Assembly: GCF_002803295.2 (NCBI RefSeq)
Contig: NZ_PGGB02000001.1
Span: 30,001 to 62,000, forward strand
DNA: 32,000 bases
Direction: 5' to 3'
Origin: Caedibacter taeniospiralis
Lineage (GTDB): Bacteria > Pseudomonadota > Gammaproteobacteria > Francisellales > Francisellaceae
A program made the position numbers and the translations under genes. Below the pieces are notes generated by a model. The model ran no database searches. It worked only from the letters and a program-made list of their open reading frames with translations, and was not told the DNA's origin. Positions within the stretch are counted from its first letter, which is position 1, and each line of letters opens with the position of its first letter. This document shows, in pieces, positions 8,882 through 16,198 of this stretch.

Positions 8882-9126
8882 TTTATACTTTTCTTAGCTT
8901 GCTTCTCTGGAAGAAGAGAGCTTAAAGCAGATCAAGCTTACACTCAATAAAATTCACGCTTTCTTTATCGCTATTTGTTGTACCCTTTTCATTAAAAATG
9001 GAATTCTCAGCTATGCAAAGATAATCAGTAACTCTTATAAGCCTGAAATGGATTTAACGAAATATTATGCTACTGTCTACCTAAAGAACACAATACGCTC
9101 GCAAATTAAAATTGGAGGTTTTTGCC

Positions 9127-10011
9127 ATGGATAGTAGCGATTTAATCATTTTACGACACCTGCTGATAGAAAAGAATGTCAGCACCACTGCCAGATTGAT
9201 GAATGTTTCTCAACCTGCCATCACTATGCGCTTGGGTAGACTAAGGACGATGTTTAAGGATGTTATCCTCGTACGTGATGGCAACAAAATGAAGCTAACA
9301 CCAAAAGCCCGCGATATGGTCAACCCAATCATACGCATTACGGATGAAATGCTCGCTTTGATTCCAGAGCATGATTTTGATCCTCACACCACACCCACTG
9401 TGATCACAATCCAAATGACAGAAGCATTCTATGAAGCTTGTGCAAAGATGCTCATTGATGAATTGTTAAGTTATCATTCACAACATAAAATCAATATGAC
9501 GATGCTTTCATGTACAACCTTGCCAAAGCATGGGCACCCCACACAAAACATAGATGTGGTTATTGGTATTCCAACACATATCGAAGGCTTTTGTGATGAA
9601 ATTTACGGCAATGAAACTGGAGTGCTCATATACGATCGCTATTTTGATGAGCACAAGCAATCCATTAGCTATGAAGAATATCTGCAAGCACCTCATATTA
9701 TCCTCTTAGAACAATCAGGCATCCATCAGCTGCCAAACATGTTAGGAATACCCGACCCACGCAATATAATGCTTCAAATCAGCAGCTTAAAAATGGCGAC
9801 TGAGCTGTTGCAGGATCATTACGTCATGACCGCCTCAACAATCACTGCGCGAATATTTAATAAAAATTACCTTCCACTACCTTTTTCACCCGCAGAGACT
9901 CCCCTTAAGCTCTCTTACCCTCAGCATTTAAAGCATGACAAAAAAAATCGTTGGATACGCAAGGTATGCAATAAGGTCATGCAAGAACTGTTAAAAAGAT
10001 ATTGCTCTTGA
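9127..10011 (+). CDS. LysR-family transcriptional regulator
   Basis: The N-terminal HTH is VSTTARLMNVSQPAITMRLGRLR. A GGAGG Shine-Dalgarno at 9114-9118 lies 8 nt upstream of the ATG at 9127. The ORF track starts at the TTG at 9112. Confidence 0.85.
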   Translation: MDSSDLIILRHLLIEKNVSTTARLMNVSQPAITMRLGRLRTMFKDVILVRDGNKMKLTPKARDMVNPIIRITDEMLALIPEHDFDPHTTPTVITIQMTEAFYEACAKMLIDELLSYHSQHKINMTMLSCTTLPKHGHPTQNIDVVIGIPTHIEGFCDEIYGNETGVLIYDRYFDEHKQSISYEEYLQAPHIILLEQSGIHQLPNMLGIPDPRNIMLQISSLKMATELLQDHYVMTASTITARIFNKNYLPLPFSPAETPLKLSYPQHLKHDKKNRWIRKVCNKVMQELLKRYCS

Positions 10012-10082
10012 TCTCCCAACAATCCTCAATTTAAAACACCAAAAACCACCCGATCACTCATATTTTTGAGCACATTTAAGCC

Positions 10083-10129
10083 ATTTGCATGATTTGCATT
10101 TGACATTGATGGCGAACTTTACCAATATT
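10083..10129 (+). promoter_or_regulatory. Candidate sigma70 promoter preceded by a tandem ATTTGCAT repeat
   Basis: ATTTGCAT occurs at 10083-10090 and 10092-10099 and abuts TTGACA (10100-10105). An AT-rich -10 candidate, CAATAT/AATATT, sits 17-18 nt downstream (10123-10129). The site is 60 nt upstream of the fusion-gene ATG. Confidence 0.3.
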
Positions 10130-10188
10130 TATCACACTAAAATCCCAGCTACTTTAAATTGTGGATATTTTTTAAGGAACCTCCATCA

Positions 10189-13100
10189 ATGAACGCAAAA
10201 ATTGCGAACTTAGACATGCTTATTCACTGCTATCAGAAAATGTATAGCATCCGTCAAATTGATAATACTGAAGCCGAAATGGTTAATAGTGGCAAAGCCA
10301 ACTTTCTAGCCTCATCCAAAGGACACGAAGGTGCCGCTATATTTGCTGAATATCTTAAACCTCAGGATTGGCTACATTGCCATTACCGTGACAAGCCTCT
10401 TATGCACGCCCGCGGCATGGAAGCTAAAACGTTTTTTTACAGCTCATTATGCAAAGCCGAAGGGGTTTCTAATGGACGCCAAATGGTTATTGGCGTAAGT
10501 GAACGTAAACTCAATATTGTCAGCATCATTACGCCCGTTGGCAATCAGGCATTGCCCGCAGTGGGGATCGCCCAAAGTATCAAAAACCAGGCTGACCATC
10601 CTGTTGTCTACTGTGGCATGGGTGACGGTACGACGCAACAGGGTGAAGTTCTAGAAGCTTTTGCTGAAGCAAAGCGCCGCCAGTTACCTGTTCTGTTTGT
10701 AGTCCAGGATAACGACTATGCTATTTCCACAAAAACGCGAGGTAAAACTTTCTTTTCACTACCTGATCAATCACAACCTGATCGGTTTTATGATATTCCA
10801 ATTAGCCATATCGATGGTACTAAGCCTTTTGCAGAACATGAGAAAATTGGGAGCATCATTAGCACTATGCGCAAAGATCGCGCGCCGCACATCATCATAT
10901 TTAAAGTTGAACGTTTAAATAGCCATAGCAACGCGGATGATCATCGCATTTATCGCCATCATGACGAACTGAAGTCTATCTTACAACGAGATCCTGTCAC
11001 TTTAAGTCGCGAATTTTTACTGGCACATGGCGTCAAAGAAAATTTCTTACAGGAAATGGAGGCAAAAACTTTACAATGCGTTAAAGAAGCGATGGAGCTG
11101 GCGTTAAAAGGCTCCACCCCACAACCTTGCTTTGATGCTGAATCGCCACTTCCAGCACATCTCTTACCCCATGCGCACGAGTATCGTGGTGACTTTTCTC
11201 AGCTAACACGCCTTGGAATGGGGGCCGCCATGCGTGAGGTATTTCGCCAGCGCTTACTTCGTGATGATCGCGTTTGCCTTTTGGGAGAAGATATTGAAGA
11301 TGAGAAAGGAGATGTCTTTGGCGTCACCAAAGGTTTATCGACACAATTTCCAGGACGCGTTGTTAATAGTCCATTAGCAGAGGCGACCATCATGGGGGTC
11401 ACCATTGGAATGGCGCTTACTGGCAAACGTCCTGTTGCGTTTATCCAGTTTGCTGATTTTATGCCTCCCGCGTACAACCTGCTTTTTACAGAATTAGCCA
11501 CCATGTACTGGCGCTCTAATGGTGATTGGGAATGCCCCGTAATCATCTTTGCCGCGTGTGGTGGCTACCGCCCAGGTTTAGGACCATTTCATGCACAAAC
11601 CAATGAGGGGACCTTTGCGCACATTCCTGGCATTGATGTCTACATGCCTTCAAATGCCGCAGATGCTGCTGGCATGTTGAATGCTGCCTTTGAATCTAAT
11701 CGCCCTAGCGTATTTTTGTACCCTAAAAAGTTACTTAACAATGCCAGCGTTGAAGACACAACTTCTACCGATGTCGATAAACAACTCGTGCCTGTGGGTA
11801 AGGCGCGAATTGTTAAAGCGGGGTCAGATTTAACTCTTATTGGCTGGGGAAATACGGTATCCTTGTGCCAAGAAGTTGCTGAAACCCTCGAAACCGTGGG
11901 CATTGACAGTGAAATCATCGATCTGCGCACGATTAAGCCTTATGATTTGCAAACGGTCTTAGCATCAGCTGAAAAAACCAGACATTTAATCGTCACGCAT
12001 GAAGATAATCTTACTTGTGGCGTTGGTGGTGATTTGATTGCTTCTGTGGCTGAAAACGCCAAGCATCCGATTAAAGTCAAACGCGTTACACGTGCCGATA
12101 CTTATGTACCGTGCAACTTTGACAATCAAATGGAAGTTTTGCCTTCCTATGAACGCATCCTAACTGCGGCGGCAGGGCTTTTAGACCTTTCTCTTGAATG
12201 GGAGGTGAAAAATCGCAATGATGCAGGCTTTTACAATGTTGAGGTAATTGGTGCGAGCCCATCTGATGAGAGCGTGTTAATCACTGAGCTACACGTTAAA
12301 GTAGGGGATAAGATCAAAGTTGGTGATAAATTGGTTGATCTGGAGGCAAGTAAATCAGCAGGGGAAATTTTATCTCCAAGTAATGGCACCATTGAAGAGA
12401 TTTATGTGACACAATCAGAGCGTGCCAGCGTTGGTGATAACTTATTAAAACTGCGCCTACCCGAGGGCTCCCATGATGAGCAAAAAACTCAAAAGCGCCC
12501 AATATTAACGCGCAAGATTCAAGAAGAAATCGCAAGACAAAATAAGCAGCACAGCATCTACCCTGTAGGGATAAGCACACCAAGCTTTAAAACAGGATCA
12601 AGATTAGTCACTAATGATGAGCTATTAAAGCATTTCCCTGAACACAACTCCCATGACATCATTGATCGCACGGGAATTGAATCACGGTTTTGGCTTAAGG
12701 ATGATGAGAATATCGTTGAGCTTGCAGCAGAAGTTGCCACAGAGGCTTTGACAAAGGGCAACTTAGGTCTTGCTGATATTGATATGGTGATTTGCGCAAC
12801 GACAACCCCTGATCAATACATATCACCATCCATGGTCTGCTTGATTTTAGAAAGACTCTACCAAGCTTATGGTGAACACCATATCCCCGCCTATGATATC
12901 AATGCAGCGTGCAGCGGTTACTTGTATGCGCTGCAAAATGCACGCGATTATTTGCAAACAAGACCTAATAAGCGGGTGCTTTTAATCACTGCTGAATACA
13001 TGACAAAACGCATGGATCCGACGGATTTTGATACGGCATTTTTATTTGGTGATGCTGCCACTGCTACCATTATTAACGGTGATCAGTATCAAAAAGATTC

Positions 13101-13524
13101 CAGAGCAGTTATTGAGGAAATCTCATTGACCGCAATTGCTGAAAGTGGAGAAGTGCTTAACATTCCAACGGCTGAATCGAAGTACACCCAATTGCAAGGC
13201 AAAAAACTGTTCACCTTTGCGGTTAAAACCATGTCGATGATCATGCACAAATGTTGTCAGCAAGCCAATATCGCGCTAAACAGTGTCGATCTAGTGATTC
13301 CTCATCAAGCCAATCAGCGTATCTCAAATGCGGTAGAAAAGCGCTTAAAAATGCACCCTGGAACTTTGTATAGCAACATCGCTCGCTTTGGAAACACCTC
13401 ATCGTGTACGATTCCTATTGCACTAAGTGAAACACTCGATAAGCAATCGGCAGACAAAACAGTTGCTCTTTGTGCTTTTGGTTCAGGTTTCACTGCAGCT
13501 GCTGCACTTTTACGCACAAAGTAG
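10189..13524 (+). CDS. Multidomain fusion protein: 2-oxoacid dehydrogenase E1-alpha + E1-beta + lipoyl-type domain + KAS III (FabH-like) domain
   Basis: One uninterrupted frame. I prefer the ATG at 10189 (AAGGA at 10174-10178); the ORF track starts at the TTG at 10159. The E1-alpha part (about 10201-11148) has the TPP motif GDG (10621-10629)...QDNDYAIS, GRQM and HSNADDHRIYR. The E1-beta part (about 11200-12186) has LLGEDIEDEKGDVFGVTKGL...RVVNSPLAEATIMG...RPVAFIQFADF. The lipoyl-type domain (about 12229-12459) has VGDKLVDLEASKSAGEILSPSNGTIEEI, with the Lys codon at 12352-12354. A 33-aa charged linker follows. The KAS III part (12559-13521) has Cys in INAACSG (12910-12912), His in PHQAN (13303-13305) and Asn in FGNTSS (13393-13395). 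Confidence 0.9.
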   Translation: MNAKIANLDMLIHCYQKMYSIRQIDNTEAEMVNSGKANFLASSKGHEGAAIFAEYLKPQDWLHCHYRDKPLMHARGMEAKTFFYSSLCKAEGVSNGRQMVIGVSERKLNIVSIITPVGNQALPAVGIAQSIKNQADHPVVYCGMGDGTTQQGEVLEAFAEAKRRQLPVLFVVQDNDYAISTKTRGKTFFSLPDQSQPDRFYDIPISHIDGTKPFAEHEKIGSIISTMRKDRAPHIIIFKVERLNSHSNADDHRIYRHHDELKSILQRDPVTLSREFLLAHGVKENFLQEMEAKTLQCVKEAMELALKGSTPQPCFDAESPLPAHLLPHAHEYRGDFSQLTRLGMGAAMREVFRQRLLRDDRVCLLGEDIEDEKGDVFGVTKGLSTQFPGRVVNSPLAEATIMGVTIGMALTGKRPVAFIQFADFMPPAYNLLFTELATMYWRSNGDWECPVIIFAACGGYRPGLGPFHAQTNEGTFAHIPGIDVYMPSNAADAAGMLNAAFESNRPSVFLYPKKLLNNASVEDTTSTDVDKQLVPVGKARIVKAGSDLTLIGWGNTVSLCQEVAETLETVGIDSEIIDLRTIKPYDLQTVLASAEKTRHLIVTHEDNLTCGVGGDLIASVAENAKHPIKVKRVTRADTYVPCNFDNQMEVLPSYERILTAAAGLLDLSLEWEVKNRNDAGFYNVEVIGASPSDESVLITELHVKVGDKIKVGDKLVDLEASKSAGEILSPSNGTIEEIYVTQSERASVGDNLLKLRLPEGSHDEQKTQKRPILTRKIQEEIARQNKQHSIYPVGISTPSFKTGSRLVTNDELLKHFPEHNSHDIIDRTGIESRFWLKDDENIVELAAEVATEALTKGNLGLADIDMVICATTTPDQYISPSMVCLILERLYQAYGEHHIPAYDINAACSGYLYALQNARDYLQTRPNKRVLLITAEYMTKRMDPTDFDTAFLFGDAATATIINGDQYQKDSRAVIEEISLTAIAESGEVLNIPTAESKYTQLQGKKLFTFAVKTMSMIMHKCCQQANIALNSVDLVIPHQANQRISNAVEKRLKMHPGTLYSNIARFGNTSSCTIPIALSETLDKQSADKTVALCAFGSGFTAAAALLRTK

Positions 13525-13585
13525 TTGGCAGCGCACGGAAAACTGGTTAGATTAATTTTTGATAAATAAAGTTAAGAAAAATATT

Positions 13586-15889
13586 ATGGCGAAAAACCTT
13601 GTTATTGTGGAATCTCCTGCAAAATCCAAGACAATACAAAAATATTTAGGTAATGATTTTGAAATTCTTGCATCTTACGGTCATGTTCGTGATCTGGAGC
13701 CCAAGGAGACATCGGTGGATGTCGATGATCATTTTAAAATGAAATATCAGCTGATTGAACGCAACAAGCGTCATATTGATGCTATCAAAAAATCAGCAAA
13801 ATCGGCTCAGGAAATTTATCTGGCAACAGATCCAGATCGCGAAGGGGAGGCGATTTCCTGGCATATTTATGAGCTTTTAAACGAGGCAAACCTCCTTAAG
13901 GATAAAACGGTTCATCGCATTGCTTTTAATGAAATCACCAAGTCAGCAGTTAATGCCGCAGTAGCTAATCCACGCGAACTTGCGATGGACCTAGTCAACG
14001 CCCAACAAGCAAGGCGAGCACTCGATTTTCTTGTGGGCTTTAAGCTTTCGCCACTTTTATGGAAAAAAGTGCGCCGCGGACTTTCAGCCGGGCGTGTGCA
14101 AAGTCCTGCTCTTAGAATGATCGTTGAACGTGAGCTTGAGATAGAGGCATTTGAATCCAAAGAATATTGGAGTGTCACGGCAGAGCTTAAAAAACACAAG
14201 AAATTTATGGCTAAGCTTGTGCAGTTTAATCAGCAAAAGTGCGAACAATTTAGCTTCACCAATGAAGTGGATGCCCAAAATGCCTTGAGTCTTATTAAGA
14301 AAGATGCCAATGGCGAGCTCATCGTCAATGCCATTGAAAAGAAGCAAAAGAAACGCAATCCACTGCCTCCTTTTATCACATCAACGTTACAGCAAGATGC
14401 TGTGCGAAAGCTTGGATTTACCACCAAAAAAGCCATGATGTTAGCTCAACAGCTGTATGAAGGTATTGAGTTAGGAAGTGAGGGTGCCGTGGGTTTAATT
14501 ACTTACATGCGTACTGATTCAACTAATCTATCGCAGGAAGCGCTTACTGAACTTCGCACTTTCATTGTCAAAGAATATGGTCAGGACCATCTGCCAAGCA
14601 GCGCACGCATTTATAAAACCAAAAACCAAAATGCCCAGGAAGCACACGAAGCCATTCGCCCTACCTCAGCTTGGCGCAAACCTGAAGATGTCCGGGCTTT
14701 TTTATCTAATGAGCAATTTAAGCTCTATGATCTGATCTGGAAGCGTACGATTGCCTGCCAGATGATTCACGCCTTAATGGACACCGTTGCCATTGATTTT
14801 GTCACTCAGAATGAGGCGCATATCTTCAAGGCCACAGGATCGGTTATCGCAAGTCCCGGATTTTTAGCCGTCTATCAAGAAGCAAAGGACGAAGATGATG
14901 CTGGTGATGATAGTGAAGGGCTTATTTTACCCGAGTTTAACCAGGGTGAGAGAGTGCCTGTGGTTGATATTATTGGTAAGCAGCATTTTACCGAACCCCC
15001 ACCGCGTTACACCGAAGCTTCACTGGTTAAGGCACTGGAAGAATACGGCATTGGGCGTCCATCAACTTATGCCACGATTATCTCCACGCTACAGCAACGT
15101 GATTATGCGATTTTAGAGAAAAAACGCTTTAGTCCAACCGATGTTGGACGTATCGTTAATAGCTTTCTCACCGATTATTTTCACCGTTATGTTGAATATA
15201 CTTTTACGGCAAAACTCGAAGATGAACTCGATAACATTGCTGAGGGTAAAATCGAATGGATCCCCGTGCTTGAAAAATTCTGGCAGCCATTTATCCAGCA
15301 GGTCACAGAGATTGATGCTACGGTGAAAAAGAGTGATGTCACGCATGAAGAAATGAATGAGGACTGCCCTGAATGCGGGCATAAGCTTTCCATTCGCCTT
15401 GGTCGCACAGGACGCTTTATCGGTTGTACCAATTACCCTGCGTGCACTTACACGCGTGCAATCGTCAAGGATAATGAGGAACCCGTTGAAAAAGAAGCAC
15501 CTGAAATTGTACCAGATCGCAAATGCCCTGAGTGCGCGTCAGATCTACTCATTAAACAGGGAAGATATGGCAAGTTTATTGGTTGTTCAAGTTATCCCAA
15601 ATGCAAGCATATGGAACCACTGGAGAAGCCAAAGGATTTAGGAATTCAATGTCCTAAATGCAAAAAGAATAATTTTGTCGAAAAGAAATCACGCAAAGGC
15701 AAAGTGTTCTACACCTGCGCAGGCTTCCCCAAATGCAAAAACTCATTTTGGTATCCTCCCATTGAAGAACAATGCCCTAAGTGCCACTCCCCCATTCTAT
15801 TGCACAAAACAACTAAAAAAGATGGTGAACAAAAGGTCTGCCCGAATGAAGCGTGTGACTATTCTGTCAGTCTCTCACTCCCTGGCTGA
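13586..15889 (+). CDS. topA: DNA topoisomerase I
   Basis: The TOPRIM N-terminus has LVIVESPAKSKTIQKYLG and DPDREGEAISWH. The active-site Tyr region is ITYMRTDS. Four C-terminal C4 zinc ribbons are present. The ATG at 13586 is preferred over the TTG at 13559. Confidence 0.95.
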   Translation: MAKNLVIVESPAKSKTIQKYLGNDFEILASYGHVRDLEPKETSVDVDDHFKMKYQLIERNKRHIDAIKKSAKSAQEIYLATDPDREGEAISWHIYELLNEANLLKDKTVHRIAFNEITKSAVNAAVANPRELAMDLVNAQQARRALDFLVGFKLSPLLWKKVRRGLSAGRVQSPALRMIVERELEIEAFESKEYWSVTAELKKHKKFMAKLVQFNQQKCEQFSFTNEVDAQNALSLIKKDANGELIVNAIEKKQKKRNPLPPFITSTLQQDAVRKLGFTTKKAMMLAQQLYEGIELGSEGAVGLITYMRTDSTNLSQEALTELRTFIVKEYGQDHLPSSARIYKTKNQNAQEAHEAIRPTSAWRKPEDVRAFLSNEQFKLYDLIWKRTIACQMIHALMDTVAIDFVTQNEAHIFKATGSVIASPGFLAVYQEAKDEDDAGDDSEGLILPEFNQGERVPVVDIIGKQHFTEPPPRYTEASLVKALEEYGIGRPSTYATIISTLQQRDYAILEKKRFSPTDVGRIVNSFLTDYFHRYVEYTFTAKLEDELDNIAEGKIEWIPVLEKFWQPFIQQVTEIDATVKKSDVTHEEMNEDCPECGHKLSIRLGRTGRFIGCTNYPACTYTRAIVKDNEEPVEKEAPEIVPDRKCPECASDLLIKQGRYGKFIGCSSYPKCKHMEPLEKPKDLGIQCPKCKKNNFVEKKSRKGKVFYTCAGFPKCKNSFWYPPIEEQCPKCHSPILLHKTTKKDGEQKVCPNEACDYSVSLSLPG

Positions 15890-15948
15890 TGTAAAACCGT
15901 AGATTTTCCCCTCGTGACTTGCCATTCAATCCAGGGTGAATTATGCGC

Positions 15949-16198
15949 TAATGGCACTAAGTTAAGCAATAACTACCGCGCCTCGCAGAGGCTCGGCACC
16001 CCTTCACAAGTGAAGGGGAATTTTCTGAAAGCGCACCGCCTAATTCCCCTTCGTTAGCGAAGGGGGCGAAGCCCGTCTTGGAGAGCATAAACTGCTTTAT
16101 GCTCTCAAGGCTGAGCGCTGTAAGCTCTGCGCGCAGCTGGAGGACAATGCGAAGCGGACGGGCTAGTCCTAAAAACAGCTTAACTTAGTGCCATTAAG
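15949..16198. mobile_element. MITE-like non-coding element (about 250 bp) with perfect 19-bp terminal inverted repeats
   Basis: The left TIR is TAATGGCACTAAGTTAAGC (15949-15967). The right TIR is GCTTAACTTAGTGCCATTA (16178-16196), its exact reverse complement. The element is flanked by direct TTATGCGC at 15941-15948 and 16199-16206. The interior is visibly more GC-rich than its surroundings, contains stacked hairpins and has no ORF. Confidence 0.6.

Noticed and set aside
12229-12459. Reading the swinging-arm domain as a biotin carboxyl-carrier domain
   Set aside because: There is no (A/V)MKM motif and no carboxylase or carboxyltransferase partner in the polypeptide. The fusion directly after an E1 alpha/beta pair argues for a lipoyl-type acceptor. 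I kept this as an open question in the findings rather than a firm call.
10447-13517. Antisense and alternative-frame ORFs inside the fusion gene (for example 10447-10638, 11199-11546, 11640-11930, 12314-12583, 12558-12761, 13314-13517)
   Set aside because: All are embedded in a long ORF with domain-level homology throughout. Their translations are Arg/Ser/Pro-rich with no recognisable motifs.
13912-15902. Multiple short ORFs within topA on both strands
   Set aside because: They are shadow ORFs inside a highly conserved gene.
15999-16065. Possibility that the repeated CCCCTTC../..GAAGGGG palindromes are a CRISPR array
   Set aside because: There are only two units per locus. The units are the arms of a larger mosaic element with terminal inverted repeats. 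There is no regular repeat-spacer periodicity and no cas genes in the window.
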